NCBI GenBank assembly: GCA_951406725.2
Contig: OX597824.1
Location: 48,174,001 to 48,238,000, forward strand
DNA: 64,000 bases
Source of the DNA: Octopus vulgaris
Lineage: Eukaryota
Direction of reading: 5' to 3'
Shown here: piece after piece, positions 52,413 to 64,000 of the stretch
Layout of the letters: every line of letters starts with the position of its first letter
Numbering within the stretch: position 1 is the stretch's first letter
Made by a program: the position numbers and the translations under genes
The notes under the pieces: generated by a model
The model's database searches: none
The model's input: only the letters and a program-made list of their open reading frames with translations
Told to the model about the DNA's origin: nothing

Positions 52413-54450
52413 CAAGCATCCCCTGCATTACAGCTACCTCAGGTTATGGGATCTCATGGTTATGGAAATCAGTGAAATATGATCGCTAATTTCAGGATAT
52501 GGTCTGTCATTATGCCTTTATGAAAGGCTCAGAAAATTTAAGCAATTTAAAAACTATCCTTTCTTCTCAGCCAAATGGCTGCTTTCTGGCATTGTAACCA
52601 AGATCAAAGTATAGTTAACAATCTGAAAACTATAATCATATAAATACATGTATTTCATCAACACCAATACAACCACCACTAAAACCTATACAACTACCAT
52701 CATCACCAATCCACCAATACCTAAAGGAACAACAACAACATGAAGAAGATAAGCAGCTCAATTTAAAATAAAAGATATAAGATAATGTGGTAGCCTAGTA
52801 TATTTTAAAAGTTGAAATGTTTTTTGATCTTAGGTCAATGAGGATCGACTTGAGACTAAGCAGCAACAATGCAATTAACAAGAATAATAAAACCTCTGCC
52901 ATTAGCAACAATACTCTCACCACTGCAAATATCAACACCAAAACCAAAAGAGCCAACGGCACCGCCACAACCAACCCACAAGTAATTGACAACAATAATA
53001 GTATCAGATTGATAGAAATGTCTTTAGCTATGTATGTTATATGTCAACACAATGGTGTGTGTTTGTGTGTGAAAGTAGTGTGGAATTTTAAGGTGTTAAG
53101 CCAACAAGGGGCATAATACCCATAAACCTGGTAATCATTCAGTTAAATGTAATCATACAGTATCTCCTCCCACCTCACTTCTTCACCTTTTCATTTCCAT
53201 ACTTCTGGAGCTATTTTTTTTTATTACATATGTTTTTGATAATATTCACAGCAGCTGCTGTTGGATTTATCTATAATTCAAGATGTCTGGAAAGACGCCA
53301 TCAAGTGGAACAGAAGATAGTAGTGCGAAAAGAAACAGTAAAAGGATTACACAGGATATTAAACTCAAGGTTTTAAAAAAGGTTGATGCTGGAGGAAGAG
53401 TCAGCCACATTGCCAAAACACTAAAGCTTGCAACATCTTCAGTTAGAACAATACATGACAATAGAAAGAAAATTAATTAGAATGCTTGGACTTATTTTTT
53501 CATAGATCTAAAGTGAGAAGCACATTAGTGTATAAATTAAGGGTCAAGCTCAGCATAGACTTGAGCACTATGGTAATTTAAAAAAAATACAGTTTATATG
53601 ATTTGTATGATGATTTGCAAAAAAAAAAAAAAAGGGAAGATGTAACTTCTAATGAAAAACCATTTCTGGCCAGTAAAAGCTAGCTTGAAAGGTTTAAAAA
53701 GCACTTAAATTCTCACAATGTGAAAATGACTGGTGAAGCTGCCAGTGTTGATACAGGAGGCATCTACAATTTATTCTGAGCAGCTGAAGAAAATGACTGC
53801 CAAAGAAGATTATACACCAGAACAAATACAAAATAATGATGAAATTGCACTTTTCTGGAAGTACATGCCCACTACAACTTTTATTTCTTGACAAGAAAAA
53901 TCAACACCAAAAATTGTCCGACATTTCTACAAGAAAGAAATGCTGTTGGTGATATGAAAATAAAGTCTCTATATAAAGATCACTCTGAAAAATCCAAGGG
54001 CTTTCAAGGGTTATGCAAAGTTTAATCTACCTCTGATTTAACACTCAAATAAGGATTAGATGACTAGGAACCTTTCTAAAGAATGGTTTACAAATATCTT
54101 TGTGTCTTGCTGTGGAAAAGTATAGTGTCACACACAATATTTCCAACAAAGCATTGCACTTTTTAGACAAAGCATCAAGTCAACCAGTGAACTTAAATGG
54201 GCTTTCTCATAATGTGAGAGTAGAATATATCCCCAAGAATACTTCTTTGATCCAGTTAATGGATCAAGGTATGACAATTTCCAGGTATATTATCTGAGAA
54301 CTTTCAAACAATTTATAAAAGCAAATTAATAGGGAGGATAAATGTACAGTAAGAGATGAAGTTTAACAAAATAGATGCTGTGGTTAACACAACCGAGTGA
54401 TGAGAGAAAGTGAAATCCTCAACTTGAAATGGCATTTGCAAAATATGGCC
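52413..54450 (+). mobile_element. Tigger/pogo (TIGD1-like) DNA transposon relic; transposase pseudogene at about 53283-54450
   Basis: HTH-psq-like KRITQDIKLKVLKKVDAGGRVSHIAKTLKLATSSVRTI; FLASKS*LERFKK; HNVKMTGEAASVD; YTPEQIQNNDEIALFWKYMP; ENPRAFKG; LHFLDKASSQP; LIQLMDQG; decayed left end CAAGCATCCCC...GGTTATGG repeats. Confidence 0.9.
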
Positions 54451-54515
54451 ATCCCCCCAGTAATTTAACTACTACTTCTCATTCAGAAAACAGAACATAC
54501 CCTATTATATTATGA

Positions 54516-54903
54516 TTCTCATTTTACTCGTTTCAGTCATTTGACTGCGGCTATGCTGGAGCACCGCCTTTAGTCGAGCAACTCGACCCCGGGACTTATT
54601 CTTTTTGTAAGCCCAGTACTTATTCTATCCGTCTCTTTTTGCCGAACCGCTAAGTGTTGGGGACATAAACACACCAGCATCGGTTGTCAAGCAATGCTAG
54701 GGGAACAAACACACACACATACATATATATACATATATACGACAGGCTTCTTTCAGTTTCCATCTACCAAATCCACTCACAAGGCATTGGTTGGCCCGGG
54801 GCTATAGCAGAAGACACTTGCCCAAGATGCCACGCAGTGGGACTGAACCCGGAACCATGTGGTTGGTTAGCAAGCTACTTACCACACAGCCACTCCTGTG
54901 CCT
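54516..54903 (-). mobile_element. SINE family A, young full-length copy
   Basis: Retains CpGs (AAGGCGGTGCTCCAGC, GTCGAGTTGCTCGAC, CCACTGCGTGGC). Confidence 0.9.
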
Positions 54904-55299
54904 ATATATATATTTCTCTTCCAATGTTTTTATGCTTACATATAATACTATGTATGTTTGTTATTTTCATGCATAAAAATGGTAATATTGCTTGATCTGG
55001 TAGAACACATCACACTTTATGACATAAAATTCAATGGGAAAATTAATTTCGTGCTCTACAGCTCCAAGCCAATCAACACCTTGTGGATCTGATAGATGGA
55101 AATTCAAAGAAACCCATAACATGTGTGTTTATGTATGTCTCCTTGTCTTGACAACTTGACATACAAGCAGTGTCATTCATTTCAAATATATTGTACAAAC
55201 ATCTCTAGCAATGGGGAAATATAACCTTGTCTAGAAACAGTGTGAGGGTTGGCAACAGGAAAATCTGCTTCAATGATCTCTGTCCAACCCATGCAAGCA

Positions 55300-55970
55300 T
55301 GAAAAAAATGCGCGTTAAAACAATGATGATGTGTGTGTATATATGTATGTGTATATATATACACACACATACATACAGGCGGTATGTTATTGTGTATAAA
55401 ATGGCAAACTCGAAACCGTTTTTGCATGAGGCCTTGAAGGCAAAAACTAAAAATTTTAAAGCTTCACAGAAGATATTTGCGTGATTCATCCAAGAGGAGT
55501 TCCACGTTGTGTAACAAATAGATGATCAAAGGAACCTCTAAAAAAACCCCTACAAGACCTAGATTTAAAATTCACAGGCAGAACGTTATATAGCTGAACT
55601 AACGATAACATGGTGTAGAACACAATACAGTATCAATATGGTGCTATTACCAAAGAACCTGATTCCTTCCTTACTCCAGCAGAGTCGACTAAAATTTGCT
55701 GATAGCAGCAGCAGCATCATATGTAAAAATAGTTAATACACAATAAATCTCCCCTACTTGTCGTAATTATGATGAGAGGTGGAGGTCAACAGGAATTTTT
55801 AAACAATATTTAAGCTGAAGAAGCAAGGATCTTCTATAAATCCCAAAATACATTACAAGAGGCGAACCTCACACGACAAAAAGAGATAGAAGCAAAAGAA
55901 TATATAAGATCCCCAGCATTTGGCAACGAGTTAAAAAGAACTGGTAATTCTAAGAATGAATAATTATAAT

Positions 55971-56022
<52 letters not shown>

Positions 56023-57271
56023 CGTGAGAAACAGAAAGGGAAAAAAACAATATTCTCCATAGAAGCGGAATAGGTCAGGAAGAAAATGGTTTGATCTGCG
56101 GCATAATGCAATACGACAAAAGCACCAAACACTTTTCTACTGTTCTCCTCCTCCGCATTAAACACAGAATTGCATCATTTTTAGCAGCTCAGTAAACATA
56201 TCCAGAGAGAAAGCTTTCCGAGATGAAGCGGAATCGAAAATTCCAACACAGAAAACCATTTCCTCCCTACCAAGACATTATATATTATTATTTATATATC
56301 TTCCCACGTTCACTTTTAGAAAGGCTTTCTTAGTGTTAACGAGTAAAAATAACAAGACGTGGGGATTAATATTTGTTAAAATAACGAAATGAAAGTGAAA
56401 ATGTAGGATATCAACAAAGAAATTGGTGCGAAATACAACAGTAGAGTACAAAGATGGTGGAATGCTAGAAACGATAGATGTATGTGCGTGTGTGTTTGTG
56501 TATATTTCTCTCTCTCACACACACACACACATATATATATATATTACACACACACGCATACACACGTGTTAGTGTGTGTGTATAAATATATATACATACA
56601 TGCTATTTAACGTTGTCGAAGAAAGGAGATTTAAAATAATAAATTGGAACAGAAAGAAAAGCTAGAGTAAAATTTCAAGTTGCCTTTGGAAGGCCATTAA
56701 TTAATGACATACACACATCCAAAATGTATTGGATTCTGACAGTAAATCGGAGTAATTTAAGGCAACAAGGAATTTCTAGGTTTTCACACGCACACGCACT
56801 CGAGTTAAATTCCCACTCAGAGTTTTAGCTTGTAAGACTGATCCGAGTGCAACATTGTTCAGGAGTAACATCTACATATACACAAGAAATATTCCGACAA
56901 AGAATCAAAGTGTACACACACACACACGAAAATCATTTTCAATTAGGTTATTTAAAACGTCATTATTGAGATAATTTATTTTGTGCGTATGCGTGTGTCT
57001 GTACATCTATCTATCTTCTACACACTGAACATACACACACATTATTAATGACAAGGAAAAACGGAATGAGAAAGTGTTTTGTAATTGATGAAATAAAGAC
57101 TTGCTCACTTCACTCTTTTTGTTTGTCATAATAAAAACTACGGCTATTTGGATTTTCAGATATGTTTGGTAAAACAATCTCCAGATTACTGTCTTATCTG
57201 ATAGCCAATACCTGTAGATGACCTTAATGAAGTAAACCCCTCGGTTCATACCGAAATTATATACACACACA

Positions 57272-57334
<63 letters not shown>

Positions 57335-58534
57335 ACAAGCCCTATTGAAATAGGGCCGAAAGTCCCTATTAAGCCCTGTGTATCAACATTGTAATGAAGC
57401 AGCTAAAAAGATTCTAAAATCTGTGTTGTTGCGGAAGCAATAGGTATAAAACTCTTCAACTGAACACCTACACAACTTTGCCTCTTAATTCACTGGAATA
57501 TCATTATTGTGGAGAGAAAGAAGAATTGACGAACGAGCAGAGAGCTGTCAGAAATATTAAAATAAATTTTGGGAAAGAAAACACGGGCTGACAATTTGCT
57601 TGGGCGAAAACACCAAAGAAATGATAGTTACGTCCATCTAGTTCCCAGACGTTGGGGATATAATTTAAAATCACTTGGTTTAATTAAAGGAATAGGAGAC
57701 GGAAAATGGGGTAAAATAATAAAAAAAAACCATTCAAGTGTAATCGGCTGATTCTTCAGACATTTATATGAGACATGGAATATTATTATTAGTTTGGAAA
57801 GGCGGGCTAACACCTCCACATACATACATAAATATATATACGAGCACACAAATATATATATATTCACACACATATGTATATATTGGTATTGACACAAATA
57901 CACACACGTTTATACAACAGACATGATTTATATACATCTCTATTACTAACTTGTAGAATCGGTGGATCGTCGTTAGCCGGAAGATTGGTGAAATAATGAG
58001 AAGATTTAAAGGAAAGGCAGAAGAAAAGTTATGAGCATGGAGAGAGAGAGAGAGAGGATTGTGAGAGGAAACAATAACTGGAGAGAGGCAGAAAGAGAGA
58101 GGGAGGGATGGAGAGATATGTAAAAAAAAAATAATGGTGGTAAACAAGACCTTCAATAAAATTAGAAAGAGACAGAGAAGGAATTGGTACATAGACATTT
58201 CTAAAAATAATTAAGAGACAAAAGAACACAGATGCGCGCATTATATACATACGTGTGTGTGTGTGCGTGCGCGCGCGCGAGTGTATAGATAGATAGATCG
58301 GAAACTAGGTTGCTGTTTTAACACCAGGTCATGAGCAAGATGCATGACGAATGGCCTTTCAACCGTGACCATCCTACATTTTTATTCTTCTGAAGCAGAC
58401 GGTATTCCAGAGCACATTATCTAACGTCATTTTCTTTCTTTTTTAGGGCGATAGACTTTGTAATATCAGGCAGATTTTGGTTTCTATTTCTAGCAAAGTG
58501 GGCACCAGCGTAGACGACATATTGACTCGATGCA

Positions 58535-58567
<33 letters not shown>

Positions 58568-59600
58568 TATACATATATAATCTGCTTTGTATAGAAAATA
58601 TAATTTATCTGTAAGAGTATAGTAGATATAGACATAATGGCACACACAACAACCAGTGGCAGCCATATTTCTACCATATCCCATTACTCACCCGGATCAG
58701 AGCTGCTTTCCTCTTACTATCCTCATCGCGTTCTCCATTTACTTATTATTATTATATGTGTGCGGTGTGTGAGCGATATTTCTTATTTATTATGTGCGAT
58801 GTGTGAGATATTCCTTACTTATTATTATGAGCGATTAGTGAGCTCTATTTCTTAATTATAGTATGGGCAATCTGCGAGACATTCTTTATTACATTTATAG
58901 ACATGACAGAATAGACAACAGCCAAATACGTGGGAATGAGAAAAAATATTAAAAGTAAACGAGGGATAAATAACATCAGTCTTGTAAGTAGAGAGAGATG
59001 ATGATGACAGTAATAATAATGGTTTCAAATTTTGATACAAGGCCAGCAATCTTAAGAGGAGGGGGCCAGTCGAACCATCGACCCCGGAGGAATGAAAGAC
59101 AAACACACACACACACACACATTACTTTTACCTGTTCTAGCTAGGGGTCGTGGCTTGATGGAGCACAACCACGGGAGTGATTTTTAATTCTTTTCATTTC
59201 TCTGAGAGTGGGGAACATTGCCACCCTCATTTCGGTTTCATGCCATGTCACAGGTCCATCTGGCATCTAAGACGTGTCTCTTGAAAATGTCCACAACTAT
59301 CACAGCAGATCTTTAAAACTTTCCGTTAATGTAGAAAAATGTGGGCTATTCATTGAAACTGAAGCTTTACAGCAGAGGGACGGTGGAACTTTTGGTACTA
59401 TGCAGTAGTGACAGTTTAAGGTTTGCTAATAAGAAACATCATTCCACCCATAAGTTTGTGGCTGGATCCCATAGGATCTTATATATATATAACACACACA
59501 TATACATATCAGTAACCACATAAATATACATATACACACATATACTACATGTCTATAGATATATACACAGTTGATGCGGAGATACGGGGACGAAAGAATG
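55300..59600. promoter_or_regulatory. CpG-retaining region, candidate promoter / 5' end of a host gene
   Basis: CpG visibly frequent here and rare in flanks (by eye); YY1-like AATATGGCTGCC at 58669-58658 (minus) and donor-like CGG|GTGAGT at 58692/58691 (minus). Confidence 0.4.
58739..58860 (+). repeat. Three degenerate ~35-40-bp tandem units
   Basis: CTTA.TTATTAT...GCG.T..GTGAG..ATT repeated three times. Confidence 0.6.
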
Positions 59601-61760
59601 AGGAAAAAAGAAATAATGGTGGAGTCGCTATGTACAACCACAAAGATGTCATGTCATTAATCTTGCTATCATATTCAAATGGTCTGTGACTCACAAATAA
59701 TAGTACACATAAAGCAAATTGATGTGATAATATGTATATTACATCATTCAAGGACTCCTTAAATCATAAAGGTAAATTTAAGGAAAACATTCGAATGATA
59801 AAAAAGGTACTAACGAAACTAAATCAACACATCTGTGGTGTGGTTTCAATTTACTCCTACATCAAATGGCTTAAAGGTGATGTAATCTCAGGAATGTCAT
59901 GCCAAGAGCAAAATCAAGCAAAAATACAACTTGATCACACTAAATTGATGCTCAAGGGAGACAATGTTGTGCCTGACCAAGAGCAACAACATCTTGGATC
60001 ATTGCTTTACTAATAACATGGAAGTTGTCCACAAAATGATTTTCTCATATAACTTAAACTAACAATGTATGGCCCAAATTAAATTGAAGATGTATATCAC
60101 ACAGGAAACACCTGAACCCTGTCCAGCATAAACTTGTACAAAGCTGATTGAAAATTAGTTCAATAAGAGATCCTAAAAGTTTTCCTGTGTAAGTCAATAC
60201 ATGCCATATTCATTAAATTTATCCCAAAGAACCAATACACACAAAAACATTATTTTCAGAGACAAGATAATCCTTATGAGAAAGAATAAAGATTCCAAAT
60301 CATTTAATTTAAGGGTTCGGAGTTGCACTTCCAAAAAAGTATTTTTAGAAATCAAAGAGAAAATCAGGCTCTCCTATGAAAAAGAAAGGAGGAAGAAAAA
60401 CAAACAAACAAGATAGCGGAAATATATAAGAAAACCCCAAGCCCTTGCACAAAAAAAAATCTGCTCTAGAGCTTTGCAGGAGAGTACCACTGAAGAAAAT
60501 TAACTGAAGACCTCGAAAGAATAAGTTAAATACAAAAACAACTCTAAATTGTAAAGATATGCAGCTAAACAAGCCTGAATAGTTCTTCAAAACTGCAGCT
60601 CTACACAGTGAAGAGGAATCCATTGATTGTGTAACATAAAAGAGGAGTATGTAATATTTGCTAATGATGAGATAAACTTGAACTTAGCAACAGACCCTAA
60701 TGCTTTGCCATCAATTCTTTTAAAGACATAAGAAGGCTCTAGCAAAGCAATAGCATATGCTGTTTCAAAGCTGTCTTGGATGTAGCACAGAATCTCAAGA
60801 AGTTAAAGAATGGTATGTGCCCTATCCATAAATGAAGGAAGTAGAACATGTTAGAAGTCATGGAACTATCTTTCTGATCTCATACATCAACAAAGTCATG
60901 GAACACATTGTCAGAAAGGAGCTGATCACAAAGAAAATGGCTTAAACATGCAGTACGGCTTCCATGCACAAATTAGCCTAACACAGCTCACTATAGCCTT
61001 ATGAATGGTAAGAAAGACAGCAGCACAATCAATATTTTGAGTCTGCCATAGCCTTTAATAAAGTTGATATGTCACAAGCTACATGACCTTGCCATAGTTG
61101 GAAAATTTGGTGAGTGACTGTCCCTGGGGAATTATCAATTCATTGCAGAGTCTCTCAGCACCCTGATAACGTAATGTTAGACAGACCTGAATCCAATTTA
61201 TAGAGAGTTGAAGAAAACAACATGCAGTTCAAAATTCTTTAAGTGTTCTGCCATCAGTCCACAGATTGCAATCTGAATACACAAGACCACAGGTTTTGCA
61301 ATCCTGGAATTACCATCAGTGTGTGATCTGGGTATCCACATGAATAATAGTGTTATACTGAGTACATATTTGTAAAATGGAAACGTGTGGGCAACTGGTT
61401 GGCTGGATTTTGAGATAATTCAGAACAAAAGAAGAAAACTATGTTGGTCCAGTAGAAAACATTGGTTGCTTCTGCTCTTAATTATAGACAACATAGCGTT
61501 AAACTAACAGCAGAGTTTCATGAAATTGAATGCTGTTACAAGAAGACTGTCCCAGTGCAATAGAAGAACTGAAGCTCTAATTCCCAGAGCAAAGATATAA
61601 AAGATATGCAGCGATATATATAGTAGGAAGCTCTTGAAGGGTCTAGCAACTAACTTGGGGATTGAAAGCCATATGGACTGAATGCCAATTTCCATTTAAA
61701 GTAAAGAAAAGTTAAGGTTTAAGAGAAGACATTTTAAATAGCCCACTAAAATACAAAGAT
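59570..61760 (+). mobile_element. CR1-like LINE ORF2 relic (endonuclease, RT and C-terminus)
   Basis: RNNGGVAMY; ATDPNALPSILLK (SAPGPDG-like); TIFLISYINKVMEHIVR; QYGF; AFNKVD; DLGIHM; QLVGWILR; KLLKGLATNLGIES; many stops and frameshifts. Confidence 0.85.
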
Positions 61761-61974
61761 ATACAAAGCAAAGATGTGGATATACTTTAAAAATACTTCA
61801 GTTTTTATCTGAGGCACCAGATGCACAAGCATCAAGGTAAAAATGAAAATGAGAGAAGTATTATCCAGTATCATCATTCATCAAAACTTAACAGAGAGAG
61901 AGAGAGCGGGGGTATGGAAATATTGATAATTACACCAATAGTGGTTATGAGATGTTCTTTTTCATTTCGCATGT

Positions 61975-62231
61975 GTATTTGGTAGACAGAAACTGAAAGA
62001 GCCCGTCATATATATATGTGTGTGTGTATATGTTTGTGTCTGTGTTTGTCCCCCTCAACAACGCTTGACAACGGATGCTGGTATGTTTACGTCCCCGTAA
62101 CTTAGCAGTTCGGCAAGAGACCGACAGAATAAGTACTAGGCTTACAAAGAATAAGTCCTAGGGTCGATTTGCTCGACTAAAGGCGGTGCTCCAGCATGGT
62201 CACAGTCAAATGACTGAAACAAGAGTAAAGA
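61975..62231 (+). mobile_element. SINE family A, 5'-truncated young copy
   Basis: TTTGGTAGACAGAAACTGAAAG...AAAGGCGGTGCTCCAGCATGG...TGACTGAAACAAGAGTAAAGAG. Confidence 0.85.
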
Positions 62232-62499
62232 GTGTGTGTATATATATATATATATGAGGAAGAGTTTGATGTAATGTGGAATTAATTTTCCCCATTCATT
62301 TCCGTATAATAAAATGATAATGTATTCTTATCAATTTTTGTGTTTTGGAAAAAATAACCACCACCAAAAAATACAAGGAACACAACCACTTTGATGCATG
62401 TAAACAATTTCTAAACATAGTACAATATGTATACATGAAAACAGTTGAAGATAAATAAGAATGTAATATTGTAATAGGTTATATTTTTACTACAAAAAA

Positions 62500-64000
62500 T
62501 GTTTGTGTGAGGGCTACTGGGAGGATGAGGGACACTATCTACTAATACTTCATCATCAACTTATCTAAAACTACTGTTTATGGTATATCATCTCTTTTTA
62601 CCACACAGTGATAGAAAGAAGCTTATTGTAAATTCCGTGTAATTTTTGCTATGTTCATGACTAGGATAATTGAGAAAAAACTTGCAGACCTATAAATGCC
62701 AACTCCTTGGCAATATTCTTTGCAGTTAATTTCAGTGGAGTTGGTGGAATTTCCTTATTCTCAACTTGCTTTGTCTATGGGACACTAGCAACTAAACCAT
62801 ATCATCCTCAATGACTTCTTTAAATCCATCCTCATTTGCAAGTATTACAATATCTTTTTTTTCCAAATCTGATGTAGACATTATGTGTATGGAAAGCTTG
62901 TAAAGCCACATATACAGTCTGGTCATATATTTTCCAAGCACCATTTTAAGTTTAGGGTTTCACTTCCTCCCATGATTCAGCAATGCTGTCCATAGCATCC
63001 ACTGAGTTGAACTTCCTCCAAAAGTTTCTTACAGTAGCTTTATTCTCCCATTTAACTGCTTTCATAAGTTATTAGAAAGTTCTCTGCTAATATGCATTGA
63101 AATGAGGTGTCACATCTTGATCCATTTGCTGGTGCAAATAAGTATTCATGAGGAAGCATTCTATCCTCACATTATTGGAAAACTCATTAAAGTTCACTGT
63201 GTAGCTTGGTACATTTGTTAAAAGGAGTAATGCTTTGTTGGAAATATGTGTGGCATTGTGTGACATTATACCTTCTTATAGCAGATCAAAAAATAATTGT
63301 AAACCACCCTCCAGAAAGGCATTTAGCTATATATACTTCCTTATTTGAACAGAAAAAGGGAGATTAAACTTTACACAATTCTCGAAAGCCCTTAGATTTT
63401 CAAAGTAATACTTAAATAGAGGATTTAATTTTGTATCACCAGCAGCATTTCCTCCCAGAAGAAGCACCGGATGATTTTTGGTGTTAGTTTTTTCTTCTTC
63501 AAGAAACAGAAATTCTAGCAGGTAATGCCTTTCCAGAAAAGTGCATTGTATATTTGCTCTGGTATGTAGCTCTCTTCTGCTGCTAAGGATAATTAGTAGC
63601 AGCCTTTGTATCAGCAGCAACTGTTTTATCAATCATTTTTGTGTTGTACAAATTCAAGTACTTCTTAAACCTTTAAAGCAAACCTTTACAAGCAAAAAAA
63701 AAATGGTTTTACATTAGAAGTTTTACCTAATATTTACTGCAAATTGTCATAAAGACTATTGTTTTGTTTTTCTTTAAATCACCATTATGACTATTGGTAA
63801 GAGATCCTTGATCTATACAGCCAGGAACTGTTCCATTTAAGTATGATATTAGATCTATGAAAAAATAAGTAGTAAAAGAAGCAGCTTCTACTTGACCTAA
63901 TTTTCTTTTCATTCTCATGTATTGTTCAAACTGTGAATGTTGTAAAGCTTTAAAGCTTTTGCAATCTAGTTGACATTTTTTCTCCTACATCAAACCTCTT
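62500..64000 (-). mobile_element. Second Tigger/pogo transposase relic, running off the window end
   Basis: LLLGGNAAGDTKLNPLFKYYFENLRAFENCVKFNLP; QQMDQDV; 63890-64000 aligns with 53375-53485 (e.g. AACAATACATGA). Confidence 0.9.

Noticed and set aside
52795-53116. Overlapping Asn/Thr-rich and hydrophobic ORFs
   Set aside because: Arise from decayed (AAC/ACC)n low-complexity sequence within the Tigger relic region.
57764-58198. 144-aa hydrophobic ORF behind an acceptor-like site
   Set aside because: Driven by (CT)n and (TA)n repeats; no recognisable domain.

Overview
AT-rich eukaryotic DNA that looks intronic or intergenic. Its repeat content (tRNA-derived SINEs, Nin/Deu-domain SINEs, TTAA MITEs, (TA)n/(CA)n tracts) resembles an Octopus (coleoid cephalopod) genome; that assignment is from recognition, not a search. 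I can support no intact protein-coding gene, and the supplied ORFs are chance ORFs, microsatellite ORFs or transposon fragments. The window holds decayed mobile DNA: two Tigger/pogo transposase relics in opposite orientation, a Tc1/mariner relic, RTE and CR1-like LINE relics, an internally deleted LTR element, many SINEs and MITEs, and Penelope-like (PLE) terminal-repeat pieces. CpG is scarce over about 1-55.3 kb but retained over about 55.3-59.6 kb, suggesting a promoter of a minus-strand gene with a very large intron. The most notable observations are minimal type-I hammerhead-ribozyme motifs, especially a 204-bp zero-loop palindrome (11320-11523) built from two hammerheads on opposite strands that share one AGCT stem-I sequence. 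Also notable are a duplicated segment with a 63-bp micro-inversion and an unclassified 169-bp duplicated element. Repeat boundaries are approximate and read by eye.
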